In this document: in pieces, positions 38,191-47,947 of the stretch | Numbering within the stretch: the stretch's first letter is position 1 | Layout of the letters: the number at the start of each line of letters is the position of its first letter | Made by a program: the position numbers and the translations under genes | DNA from: Chloroflexota bacterium | GTDB lineage: Bacteria; Chloroflexota; UBA11872; VXNJ01 | DNA: 64,000 nt | Direction: 5' to 3' | Assembly (NCBI GenBank): GCA_965261345.1 | Contig: OZ253449.1 | Span: 1,952,001-2,016,000, forward strand | Notes under the pieces: model-generated | The model's database searches: none | Told to the model about the DNA's origin: nothing | What the model saw: only the letters and a program-made list of their open reading frames with translations

Positions 38191-39147
38191 ATGAAACCGG
38201 ATTGTTGCCCCCCACCTAGATCGGCCGTCACCGTTGCGGCCGCCGCCAGTTCGCACCCCATCGCACCCGAACTAGGCAGTGTTCCTGAGGGCATGTCGTT
38301 CGTTCCGGGCGGGGAGTTCCTAATGGGAACCGAAAGCAGCGAAGGTTTTGCCGAAGACGGTGAGGGCCCGATCCGGGCGGTGACCCTGGACCCCTTCTAC
38401 ATCGACCAGACTCAGGTGACCAACCGCCAATTTGCCCAATTCATCAAGGCCACCAGTTACAAGACCGAGTCGGAGCGATTCGGCTGGTCTTTTGTATTCG
38501 AACTCCTGGTCCCGGGGCGCATTCTGCGGGAGAACCCGCAACGGGTGAACGAGGTTCCGTGGTGGTTGGCGGTAAATGGGGCCAGCTGGAAGCACCCAGA
38601 AGGTCCCGGGTCCAACGTAAAGAAGCGGCCCGATCACCCGGTGGTGCAAGTTTCCTGGAACGACGCTCAAGCCTATTGCCAGTGGGCCGGTAAACGCCTC
38701 CCAACCGAGGCTGAATGGGAATGCGCTGCCCGCGGCGGGTTGGATCAGGCGATCTATCCATGGGGCGATGAGTTGACGCCCGGTGGGGGGCATATGGCCA
38801 ACATCTGGCAGGGCAAGTTCCCTGGCTTAAACACCCGCGACGATGGATATCTCGGCACCTGCCCGGTTGGGGTTTACCCGCCCAATGGATTTGAGATCTA
38901 CGGCGCGGCCGGCAACGTCTGGGAATGGTGCAGCGACTGGTTCAGTCCCAATTTCCATCTGCGGACTTCGCGCGTTAATCCAGTGGGGCCACCCCAGGGA
39001 TCGGTCCGCGTAATGCGCGGCGGATCGTATCTCTGTCATGATTCCTACTGCAACCGCTACCGGGTGGGCGCCCGCAATCGCAACACCCCTGACACCGGCG
39101 CCGGAAACCTCGGATTTCGCTGCGCCATGAGCGCCCGACCAACTTAA
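38191..39147 (+). CDS. Formylglycine-generating enzyme (sulfatase-modifying factor)
   Basis: RLPTEAEWE, GNVWEW, RGGSYLCHDSYCNRYR with both catalytic Cys. Confidence 0.92.
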   Translation: MKPDCCPPPRSAVTVAAAASSHPIAPELGSVPEGMSFVPGGEFLMGTESSEGFAEDGEGPIRAVTLDPFYIDQTQVTNRQFAQFIKATSYKTESERFGWSFVFELLVPGRILRENPQRVNEVPWWLAVNGASWKHPEGPGSNVKKRPDHPVVQVSWNDAQAYCQWAGKRLPTEAEWECAARGGLDQAIYPWGDELTPGGGHMANIWQGKFPGLNTRDDGYLGTCPVGVYPPNGFEIYGAAGNVWEWCSDWFSPNFHLRTSRVNPVGPPQGSVRVMRGGSYLCHDSYCNRYRVGARNRNTPDTGAGNLGFRCAMSARPT

Positions 39148-39167
39148 CGGCCGTGCAGCTGGCCGAG

Positions 39168-40616
39168 CTAATAAAGTGCCAGTTTTTGGTGCGTGCGATC
39201 GTAGGTTGTGGCCAGCTTTAGCAACAACGCCTTGCGCATTTCGGCCAGGGCGGCCTGCCCCGAATCCATACCCGCCAGGTTGACGTGTTCGCCGGGATCG
39301 GCCCGGCGATCGTAGAGGATTTCGTCGCCCGCGTGGCTGATCCAGTACTTGTAATCGTGCGAAATCAGGGTTAGCACCGAGGAGCCGCCCAGGCGGTAGC
39401 GGCCGGTCGAGGGCGCTCCGGAGTGCACCGCCGAATTCCCCGGATCGAAATATTCGACCAGAACTGTATTGCGGGCGGTTGCGCCGCCGTTGGTTAAATG
39501 CGGCCAGAGCGAATCCCCGTCGATTTGCCGCGGGATCTCCAGGCCCAACCCGTCGAGCAGCGTCGGCACCAGATCTACCGCTTCGAAAAATCCGTCCACG
39601 GTCGCGTTGCCGGGTAGCGCTTCCGGCCAGCGCCAGACCATCGGTACGTGGAGGCAGGAATCGTAGTGGGCCTGGTGTTTGCCCATCGTGTAGTTGTCGC
39701 CGCAGGCGTCACCGTGGTCTGAGTAATAGACAACGATCGTGTTGTCGAGCTGCCCAGTGCTCGCGAGGTGGTCGATGATGCGTCCGCAGTGGAAGTCGAC
39801 CATCGTGCAGCTGGCGTAATAGTAGCGCCTAAATTGCATCACCTCTTCCTCGGCTGGAAGCAGAGCCTGCGAAATCTGGCGGACCATCTCCGGCTTGTCG
39901 GCCAGCTCACCGGGCACCACGTCGGGCGGCGGTACGGTTTCAAGCGGGTAGTGATCGAGATATTTAGGCAGCGGGTTGCACGGGAGGTGGGGAAGGTAGA
40001 AACCGGCGATTGCAAACCAGGGCGTATCGCCCGACCCGTCGATGAAATCGATCGTCTGATCGGCCACCCAGGCGCTGTAAGACAGCTCTTCGGGACCGGC
40101 GAAATCCATGTAAAGCATGCCTTCACGTTCGCTGGAAAGAGGGTGGGGGACACCCACTGTTGTCTCCATTCCCGGGGCTACATGGCGGATCCAACGGATG
40201 TAGTCGTCGGGGTAGGAGCCGGGTTCGTCCGCGTTGACATGCACGTCAAATCCATAGGCCGGGTGCGGGCGATCATAGTTCCGGTTGGAATGTGGCAGGA
40301 AGTGCAGTTTGCCCAGATTGCCGGTGCGATAACCGGCGTGCGAGAGGAGATTGGCGATCGTTATTTCCTGCTCGGGCAGCGTGAAGCCGTTCGAGGTAAC
40401 GCCATGATTGTGTGGATATCGCCCGGTAAGCAGGGTTGCCCGCGATGGCATGCAGACTGGATTGTTTACATAACATCCGGTCAGATTTACCCCCTCGGCG
40501 GCCAGGCGATCAATGTTGGGAGTCTTAACGTAGCCGTGCGAGTTGACCCCCAGACAATCGAAGCGCTGCTGATCGGAGGTCAAAAACAATACGTTGGGCC
40601 GACTGCGTTTGGTCAT
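39168..40616 (-). CDS. Cys-type sulfatase
   Basis: SDQQR, CMPSRATLLTG, GKLH, SDHGD. Confidence 0.9.
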   Translation of the reverse strand: MTKRSRPNVLFLTSDQQRFDCLGVNSHGYVKTPNIDRLAAEGVNLTGCYVNNPVCMPSRATLLTGRYPHNHGVTSNGFTLPEQEITIANLLSHAGYRTGNLGKLHFLPHSNRNYDRPHPAYGFDVHVNADEPGSYPDDYIRWIRHVAPGMETTVGVPHPLSSEREGMLYMDFAGPEELSYSAWVADQTIDFIDGSGDTPWFAIAGFYLPHLPCNPLPKYLDHYPLETVPPPDVVPGELADKPEMVRQISQALLPAEEEVMQFRRYYYASCTMVDFHCGRIIDHLASTGQLDNTIVVYYSDHGDACGDNYTMGKHQAHYDSCLHVPMVWRWPEALPGNATVDGFFEAVDLVPTLLDGLGLEIPRQIDGDSLWPHLTNGGATARNTVLVEYFDPGNSAVHSGAPSTGRYRLGGSSVLTLISHDYKYWISHAGDEILYDRRADPGEHVNLAGMDSGQAALAEMRKALLLKLATTYDRTHQKLALY

Positions 40617-40829
40617 CGCGGCATTACCTTTCGCGATCGCAGGATGTGGCCCTGACCGCAGCGGGATACTGCCGTCGATCGCCTCTGAGCATTATCTGGT
40701 GCTACCGCCGCCCATCCAGACTGAAGCACTCGGCGATTGCCGACCGGCAAAATGTTTGCTCGCATCGCAGGGGTTCAATGCGCGTCCCGCCAGATCCGGG
40801 CCGGCCAAGTGATCCGCTTACGGCCGGAT

Positions 40830-42026
40830 CTAGCCGGATCGCAGCAGGCAGAGGCTGGCGGAATGCGTATGGACGTAACTGGAAGATCCCACCGGACCCA
40901 GTTCGCCGTTGGCGAAAAAGCCGGCCACCGGCACCTGGTTGCCGATCGCTTTGCCAACGATTCCAACGTCGCGATTGGGTTCAGCGTACAGTCGGGTCCC
41001 GCGGGCGTTGCAGGTAAATAGGAGCGCGGCCGCGGGCGGACTCGAAAATGCCTGGGGTGAGAGCAGCAGCTCGAAATCGTCGGCCGCCGCCGCTGCCGTT
41101 CTTACGTGAAAACGAACGATTTGGCCGACTCGGGTCAAGTCCATTACCGCGATCGCACCGGTTTCGGGGTTGACCCCCGAAACGTTGCGAATCAGGTAAT
41201 CAGAAGGCCCCGGCGGGTCATCGCAATCATCAACCGCGATTCCGACCAACAGTCCGCCGCTGCGCACGTAGGAACGGAGTTCCTCATCCAACTCGTGATA
41301 GAGATCGCGAAATACCAAGGCCGGATTGTGACCGTCCAACTCGGTGATCTGGTTGCGCGAAGCGCCGGTAATCTCGTATTCGGTACCAATTGGACGGCAT
41401 CCCTGCGAGAGGATGATTTCGGGTTCGATGCTTCCGCCAAGGGCCAGGCCGACCACTCCCTCGTCGCGAATCTGCCCGTTGGCGGCCAGCCGGGTCATCC
41501 CCGGGCTCTGGCTACCGCTGGCCACCCCGCCAACCACCGGCGTGAGCGGAAAGGCCGCGTCAAAGGCCGGTAGCAGATGCCGCAGGGGAGCCGAAAAGGG
41601 TTCGGCGAGAAGTATGAAGATCTTGGGCTGAAAATCCAACCCCAAGCGGCCGCGCAGATTTTCCGGGCTGGCGAAGACGTATTGCCAATCCGCGTCGCCC
41701 AACTCGAATCCCGCACAGCAAAGATCCGGCCCCCATCCGGCCATCAGGGCCGCGGCCGGTCGGACCTCGACCTCGCGTTCATTGCCGATAACCCATTCCG
41801 CCGAGCAGGCGATCGAGGTGGCCGGCCGCAGGGTGTTTTCAAGCTCGGCGATCTGATACTCAGCCTCGGCCCGATTGTTGGGAGCTGTAAAAAGAAGTGC
41901 TAGATCGGGTGGCTCGGTTCGATCTCCGACGATGCTGTCGACCAGTGCCGGTACGGTTTGGGCAGGGCTCTGGTCGGCAGCCAGCGCCGAAGCAAAGTAA
42001 AGTCCGTCCGTCGCTGCCCTGGTCAG
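40830..42026 (-). CDS. FIST signal transduction domain protein; start proposed at CTG 42026
   Basis: GGVASG, SQGCRPIG, FTCNARG, GFFANGELGP; the frame stays open upstream of ATG 41744 with a FIST-like N-terminus (FASAL, PDLALLF, CSAEWVIG). Confidence 0.8.
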   Translation of the reverse strand: MTRAATDGLYFASALAADQSPAQTVPALVDSIVGDRTEPPDLALLFTAPNNRAEAEYQIAELENTLRPATSIACSAEWVIGNEREVEVRPAAALMAGWGPDLCCAGFELGDADWQYVFASPENLRGRLGLDFQPKIFILLAEPFSAPLRHLLPAFDAAFPLTPVVGGVASGSQSPGMTRLAANGQIRDEGVVGLALGGSIEPEIILSQGCRPIGTEYEITGASRNQITELDGHNPALVFRDLYHELDEELRSYVRSGGLLVGIAVDDCDDPPGPSDYLIRNVSGVNPETGAIAVMDLTRVGQIVRFHVRTAAAAADDFELLLSPQAFSSPPAAALLFTCNARGTRLYAEPNRDVGIVGKAIGNQVPVAGFFANGELGPVGSSSYVHTHSASLCLLRSG

Positions 42027-42415
42027 CTGGATATATCCCCGAGGGTCAACCCCAACCCCTGCGCCTTGGGGGCGGCCGCGGCCGCCATCGCTGCGTGTTC
42101 GTCGTCACTGCACGGGGCATCGAGCGCGATCCCGGCCTCGGCGTCGGAGGGCTTCACCAGACCCTGGGCGACCAGGTACTGCTCAAGTTCCTCGCCGGAC
42201 ACGTCGGCGACCACTTGGCCATTGATTTCCAAACTGGGCTGGAAGCGCTGGCCAGTCTTCATCACCATCTCAATGTAGTTTTCAGGGATGTTGATGATGT
42301 CTTTGTCTTCGTAGGGCAGGGCGTACTTGGCCAGTACCGCCCGCACCCCGTTGCTCCAGCCGCAGGAAGGCTTCATCCAGGCGGTAATTTCCGGCGCTTG
42401 GGTATCGGTGGCCAT
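42023..42415 (-). CDS. Glutaredoxin-like protein (CGWS monothiol)
   Basis: KPSCGWSNGVRAVL, KTGQRFQPSLEING. Confidence 0.8.
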   Translation of the reverse strand: MATDTQAPEITAWMKPSCGWSNGVRAVLAKYALPYEDKDIINIPENYIEMVMKTGQRFQPSLEINGQVVADVSGEELEQYLVAQGLVKPSDAEAGIALDAPCSDDEHAAMAAAAAPKAQGLGLTLGDISS

Positions 42416-42564
42416 GTCAGGTTCCGTTGGTCTGTAAAATGCGTTCGAATTGACGCATATTTTCCGATTATGGCACGCAATATCATCTCGTCTCCCTACC
42501 GGCCACGACCGGTGGCATCCCCGATTGGCGCATGCGCATCCGCGCTGGCGCTAGGCGTTCCCGC

Positions 42565-42596
42565 GATCAGGCGATCGCGATCGCGATCGCCTGATC
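42565..42596. repeat. Perfect 32-bp palindrome with three overlapping GCGATCGC octamers
   Basis: GATCAGGCGATCGCGATCGCGATCGCCTGATC. Confidence 0.85.
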
Positions 42597-43643
42597 CTCG
42601 CGCGCCGAACGGTAGCAGGCTTGCACCAGGGAAATCGTTGCCAGGTTGTCGGCCCCACCCGGGTCCGGTTCACCGTCCTGCTCGATTGCCAGCATCAGTG
42701 AGGCCATCGGACCGATGAAGGAATGAGGGACGCGCAACTCCGGGATGTCGAGGGCGAATTCGGCTCCGCCATTGAGGCAGGTCGAGCGGACGTTGAGGCG
42801 CGTCGGGTGGCCGGCCGCCGACCCTGCGAACAGATCCATGTCGCCGGTTACTGTCCCTTCGGTGCCCTCGAATCGGAACTTGGCGTACTGGATGTCGTAG
42901 CGGTTGTTGGCGGATGCGACGATCAGCGCGGTGTGCCCACCATCAAATTCGAGGACCGTATTCGAGCGGGTCTCGGCGGCCCGCAACTGTCCCGGCAGTT
43001 TGCCGGCTGAACAGTAGACCCGCGCGGGTTCCCCGAATAGAGCCCGCAAAACGTCAAGGTAATGGATCGAGTGATACATGATCTCCATGTAGAAGTCGCC
43101 AGCAAGCAAAGGCCGCGAGAAATCGATGTTGACGTTTACGTCAAAGATCGTCCGGGTAGGCCGACCGAGCAACGAGCGCGCAAACAGGCCGGCGACCGTC
43201 CGCATTCGCCCATCGTGGCGCAGCTGTTGGTTAACGTTCAGCTTCACACCGGCGTCCCGACAAATCGCGACGATCTCCCGGGCATCGTCGATTTCTTCAT
43301 GGAGCGGCTTTTGGCAAAGAATGTGCTTGCCGTTGGCGGCGGCGGCGGCAACTATTTCCCGCTGGACGGCTGGAACGAGCGCAATGTCGACGATCTCCAC
43401 GCTTTCGTCGTCAACCATTTCGGCGACGCTTGTGTACACGCGCGCTAGGCCGAATCGGTCCGCGACCGCCTCGGCGCGTGAACGGGTGCGATTCCAGATG
43501 CCCGCCACTTCGAATCCGGCCATCGCGTAAGCCGGCAAGTGGGCGCCGGTCACGATCGAGCCAGCCCCGGCGATGGCGATCCGCCGGGATCGATCACCGG
43601 GCATCTGCGGTAGGTAGTTAATGTCGAGTTCGGGTGACGCCAA
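42567..43643 (-). CDS. Gfo/Idh/MocA family oxidoreductase
   Basis: TTG start after AGGAGG; GAGSIV, CQKP, VNQQLR, HSIHYLD. Confidence 0.88.
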   Translation of the reverse strand: MASPELDINYLPQMPGDRSRRIAIAGAGSIVTGAHLPAYAMAGFEVAGIWNRTRSRAEAVADRFGLARVYTSVAEMVDDESVEIVDIALVPAVQREIVAAAAANGKHILCQKPLHEEIDDAREIVAICRDAGVKLNVNQQLRHDGRMRTVAGLFARSLLGRPTRTIFDVNVNIDFSRPLLAGDFYMEIMYHSIHYLDVLRALFGEPARVYCSAGKLPGQLRAAETRSNTVLEFDGGHTALIVASANNRYDIQYAKFRFEGTEGTVTGDMDLFAGSAAGHPTRLNVRSTCLNGGAEFALDIPELRVPHSFIGPMASLMLAIEQDGEPDPGGADNLATISLVQACYRSAREDQAIAIAIA

Positions 43644-43788
43644 TATCGGACCTCCTGATTGGGGGTGGACCCTGCGCCCCAATTATTCAGGTCGCGGCAA
43701 TGTTGGGTCGATCGGTGATGCGGTCTGCAAAAATCGGCCGGGCAGGAAAACCCGCCCAAAACTTTCCCAATTCTGCGGAGCCCCTTGC

Positions 43789-45468
43789 ATGTCAGATCCG
43801 GCCAAACGCCGAAGTTCGGTAATGACCGATGGCCCCAATCGAGCGGCGGCGCGGTCGTTCTTTAAGGGGATCGGATTCACCGACGCCGATCTTGACCGTC
43901 CGCTGGTGGGGGTGGCCCACATGTGGATTGAAACGATGCCCTGCAATTTCAACCAGCGGCGGCTGGCCCAGCATGTGAAAGAGGGCATCCGCCAGGCCGG
44001 CGGAATGCCGGTTGAAGTCAATACAATTGCCGTTTCGGATGCCGTCTCGATGGGCACCGAGGGCATGAAAATGTCACTGACTTCGCGCGAGGTAATTACC
44101 GACTCAATCGAACTGGCCGCGCTGGGGCACTCGTTCGACGGACTGGTCGTGATCGTCGGCTGCGACAAGACCATTCCAGCCGGCGCAATGTCCTTGGCGC
44201 GCCTGAATATCCCTGGTCTGGTGCTCTATTCGGGCACCATCGCGCCCGGTCGGTTCCAGGGTCGCGACGTCAACATCCAGGACGTCTTTGAAGCGGTCGG
44301 CTCCCATGCCGCCGGCAAGATGACCCGCGCCGAACTTAGCGAACTGGAGGGCGCGGCATGTCCCGGGGCGGGGGCCTGCGGCGGGCAATTTACCGCCAAT
44401 ACGATGGCGCTGGCCCTGGACTTTCTGGGAATTTCGCCCGCCGGTCGCAACGGGGTCCCGGCCACCGACCCGGACAAGATCGAGATCGCCCGCGAGGCCG
44501 GGCGGCTAGCGATGCGGCTGGTGCGGGAAGACCGCCGTCCACGCGAATTCATTACCCGGCCGGCAATTCACAACGCAATCGCCGGAGTATGTGCGACTGC
44601 CGGATCGACCAATGCGGTTCTGCATCTTATGGCGATTGCCGCCGAGGCCGACATCTCGATTCCGCTTGAGGATTTTGACCGGATTTCCGAACAGACTCCG
44701 GTGCTGGCCAATCTAAAACCAGGCGGTGACTATGTGGCCACCGACGCCTACGCGGCCGGCGGTATGGGTCTGGTGGCCAAGGAATTGGTCCGCAAGGGGC
44801 TAATGCACGACGCCCCCAACGTGGACGGTCGCTCGATGTTCGAGATCGCCGCCGCGGCTGAGGCCACACCAGGGCAAAAGGTGTTTACCACGCTGGAGAA
44901 GGCATTCAAACCGACCGGCGGAATCGCGATCCTGCGTGGCAATCTTGCCCCCGATGGGGCGGTCGTTAAGTTGGCCGGCCATGAGCGGACCAGTTATTCG
45001 GGACGCGCCCGGGTATTCGAATCGGAAGAGGACTGCTTTGCGGCGGTGCAATCACAAGATCTCCGCGATGGCGATTTCGTGGTAATTCGCAACGAGGGGC
45101 CGGCCGGCGGTCCGGGGATGCGGGAGATGCTGCAGGTGACGGCGGCGATCGTCGGTTCGGGGATGGGCGAAAAAGTGGCGTTGATGACCGATGGCCGGTT
45201 TTCAGGCGCCACCCACGGCCTGGTAGTCGGCCACGTTTCCCCCGAAGCCGTTCGTGGCGGCCCGATTGCCGCGGTCCGTGAAGGCGACACGATTTCTCTG
45301 AACGTGCCTGATCGCACCCTGACCCTGGAAGTTGACGAGGCCGAGATTGCCGCCCGTCTGGCCGCCTACCAATCGCCGCCGAACCGCTACAAGAGCGGGG
45401 TTATGGCCAAATACGCCGCCCTGGTTTCGTCGGCTTCGGAAGGTGCGATCACCCGCCCTTCGACCTGA
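43789..45468 (+). CDS. ilvD: Dihydroxy-acid dehydratase
   Basis: [33 protein letters not shown]. Confidence 0.95.
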   Translation: MSDPAKRRSSVMTDGPNRAAARSFFKGIGFTDADLDRPLVGVAHMWIETMPCNFNQRRLAQHVKEGIRQAGGMPVEVNTIAVSDAVSMGTEGMKMSLTSREVITDSIELAALGHSFDGLVVIVGCDKTIPAGAMSLARLNIPGLVLYSGTIAPGRFQGRDVNIQDVFEAVGSHAAGKMTRAELSELEGAACPGAGACGGQFTANTMALALDFLGISPAGRNGVPATDPDKIEIAREAGRLAMRLVREDRRPREFITRPAIHNAIAGVCATAGSTNAVLHLMAIAAEADISIPLEDFDRISEQTPVLANLKPGGDYVATDAYAAGGMGLVAKELVRKGLMHDAPNVDGRSMFEIAAAAEATPGQKVFTTLEKAFKPTGGIAILRGNLAPDGAVVKLAGHERTSYSGRARVFESEEDCFAAVQSQDLRDGDFVVIRNEGPAGGPGMREMLQVTAAIVGSGMGEKVALMTDGRFSGATHGLVVGHVSPEAVRGGPIAAVREGDTISLNVPDRTLTLEVDEAEIAARLAAYQSPPNRYKSGVMAKYAALVSSASEGAITRPST

Positions 45469-45492
45469 TATTGGGGCCTGAAGTGGCGGCCT

Positions 45493-46761
45493 TTAGTTCA
45501 GAAGGGCGCGAATTGCCGGCACCAGTTCCGATCGGTCAATTACCTGTTGGCTGGCCGCGTCTAGGTCGCGCAGCGCCAGCGTTTCGGATTGGAGTTCGTT
45601 ATCGCCCACGATGACCGCCCAGCGGGCCCGCTGGGCGTTGGCTTTTCGAAGGTGCGATCGCGGAGATGCGGCGGCATATCCGGCAATTGCGATTAGCCCC
45701 AGATCGCGCAGTTGTCCAGCTAACGCCAAAACCACTGACCGCGCCGCCGGACTTAGCGGCGCCAAGTAGACATCGACCCGCGGAGCCGCGCCGGCCAGCT
45801 TTCGCTGGGCCGCAAGATTGATCAAAACGCGCTCGATCCCGCACCCGAAACCGACTCCTGGGGTGGTCGGCCCTCCGAGTTGCCCGGCGAGCAGATCGTA
45901 GCGTCCGCCGCCGGCTATCGTTGCCTGTCCAGCCGAATCAGCGGGCCATATTTCAAATACGGTGTCGGTGTAGTAGTCGAGTCCGCGCACCAGGCGGAAG
46001 TTGCTCTGGAAACTGATTCCCAGTTCGGTCAACGCACTGGTCAGCTGTTTGAAATGTCGGGCTGAATCGCGGCCCAGGTAGTCGATCGTGTGCGGCGCGT
46101 CGTGGCAGATCGCTTGGTCGCGCGGGTCCTTGCTGTCGAGGATGCGCAGCGGGTTCTGCTCCAACCGGCGCCGACTCTCCTCGGAAAGCCCGCTGGCCCG
46201 CGGCGCCAGGTGGGCCTTTAGCGCGGTCAGGTAATTGACGCGATCGCCCGGCCGACCGATGCTGTTTAGCTGCAGCGTGAGTCCGTCCAACCCCAGATCG
46301 TGCCTGAGCAGCAGCCAGATCTGCGAAATCAGTTCGGCGTCGGCGTGCGGGTCCTGCTCCCCCAGCAGCTCGGCCCCCATCTGATGGTGTTGGCGTAGGC
46401 GGCCGGCCTGTGGTCGGTCGTAACGGAACAGCGGGGCATAGTAGGCCAGCCGCGCCGGTTGCGGGCGCGATGCCATCCCGTGCTGAATATACGCTCTTAC
46501 CACCGGCGCGGTCCCCTCCGGCCGCAGGGTCAGGCGGTCGCCGGATTTGTCGGCGAAAGAATAAGTTTCGTTGGCGCCGATATCGGTGGCCCGGCCAACT
46601 GCCCGCTCAAATAGGGCCGAATCCTCAAACAGTGGGGTGTCAAGTCGCCCGAAGCCGGCCCGGCCAAAGCGCTGCCAAAAAGCCGAGAGAACCAATTCCC
46701 AATCGGCCTGCTGTTCCGGCAGGCGGTCTTGGGTTCCGCGCGGCGTCTGAAACTCGGCCAC
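45493..46761 (-). CDS. hisS: Histidine--tRNA ligase
   Basis: PRGTQD, LRPEGTA, FRYDRPQAGR, LVRGLDYY, GGGRYD. Confidence 0.96.
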   Translation of the reverse strand: MAEFQTPRGTQDRLPEQQADWELVLSAFWQRFGRAGFGRLDTPLFEDSALFERAVGRATDIGANETYSFADKSGDRLTLRPEGTAPVVRAYIQHGMASRPQPARLAYYAPLFRYDRPQAGRLRQHHQMGAELLGEQDPHADAELISQIWLLLRHDLGLDGLTLQLNSIGRPGDRVNYLTALKAHLAPRASGLSEESRRRLEQNPLRILDSKDPRDQAICHDAPHTIDYLGRDSARHFKQLTSALTELGISFQSNFRLVRGLDYYTDTVFEIWPADSAGQATIAGGGRYDLLAGQLGGPTTPGVGFGCGIERVLINLAAQRKLAGAAPRVDVYLAPLSPAARSVVLALAGQLRDLGLIAIAGYAAASPRSHLRKANAQRARWAVIVGDNELQSETLALRDLDAASQQVIDRSELVPAIRALLN

Positions 46762-46858
46762 CGGCTTAGAGGCCGGCCCGCGCGGCGGTCGAATACGGCC
46801 GCACGGCGTTAGGCATCAGCCGCGCCGGGTCGTGGCCGGTCGCCCACCCGCAACTGTT

Positions 46859-47128
46859 TTAGCCGCCGAGCAGGGCCTGCAATAGGCGCCCTAGAACCTG
46901 CAATCCGATGATTGCGATCAGCGGCGAGAGGTCCATCCCCATATTGCCGCCCAGGCGCGAGCGGATCGGCTGCAAGATCGGCTCGGTCAGGCTGTAGAGG
47001 ACGTTCATGATCGGATTGGCGGGGTCTTGGATGAACCAGGACAGCAGCGCGCGGGCGATGATCAATAACGTCAGGGCCGAAATCGCGGTGTCGGCCAAGC
47101 CGACGATCAGGTTTGTCAATTCACCCAT
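46859..47128 (-). CDS. yggT: YggT family membrane protein
   Basis: LLSWF, LTEPILQPIR, MDLSPLIA. Confidence 0.9.
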   Translation of the reverse strand: MGELTNLIVGLADTAISALTLLIIARALLSWFIQDPANPIMNVLYSLTEPILQPIRSRLGGNMGMDLSPLIAIIGLQVLGRLLQALLGG

Positions 47129-47234
47129 CGGTTGGACTCTCTTAGCATTCTTGAATCCAGATACTGGTTGCGATCATCCGGCGATGTTGGGTCCGGTCAC
47201 CCTCAGTATCGCAACCGGTGGACGCGGCTGGCTT

Positions 47235-47924
47235 TCAGGATTCGGGCCGCGCACCAAATATCGCCCGGCCGATTCGCACGATGGTGGAGCCTTCGGCGAT
47301 CGCCGCCGGAAAATCGGAGGTCATCCCCATCGAGAGCTCTGAGAGCGGTTGGCTGGGAAACTGAGTTTTGAGCCGCTCGCGCAAATGCCGCAGGGTGGCA
47401 AATGTTTCGCGCAGGAATTTTTGATCGTCGGTCTGCGGCGCAATCGACATCAGACCGCAGATCCTTAGCGAGGTGGATTCGCAAATCTGCCCGCACAGAT
47501 CAGAAAGGCCCTCGGCGGCGATTCCGCCCTGTCCGGTGGCCCCCGAGAGGGAAACCTGCAGCAGTACCGGGAAATTCGGCTCCGGCGCGCGCCGGTCGAT
47601 GGCGCGGGCCAGGGCGATCGAATCTACCGACTCGATCAGATTGAAGAATGCGGTCGCGTCGCGGGCCTTGTTCCGTTGCAGCCGCCCGATGAGGTGCCAA
47701 ATGTTTCCCTCGCCAAGCTGGGCTATCTTGGCAACGCCTTCCTGGACCCGGTTTTCGCCGAAGCGGGAGATCCCCAACGCTCCGGCGGCACGGATATGGT
47801 CGAGTCCGAAGGTCTTGGAGACCACAACCAGCGAAACCTCGGCGCGGGCCCGCCCGGCCGAGGCGCAGGCGTTGTTGATCTCTCCCTCAACCCGATCTAG
47901 ATTGGCGGCGATTTGCGCTCGCAA
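47235..47924 (-). CDS. yggS: PLP homeostasis protein (YggS/PLPBP)
   Basis: VVSKT, FGENRVQE, WHLIGRLQRNK, LSMGMT, VRIGRAIFG. Confidence 0.93.
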   Translation of the reverse strand: MRAQIAANLDRVEGEINNACASAGRARAEVSLVVVSKTFGLDHIRAAGALGISRFGENRVQEGVAKIAQLGEGNIWHLIGRLQRNKARDATAFFNLIESVDSIALARAIDRRAPEPNFPVLLQVSLSGATGQGGIAAEGLSDLCGQICESTSLRICGLMSIAPQTDDQKFLRETFATLRHLRERLKTQFPSQPLSELSMGMTSDFPAAIAEGSTIVRIGRAIFGARPES

Positions 47925-47947
47925 GCGCGCCGGCGGGCCGGGCCGGT

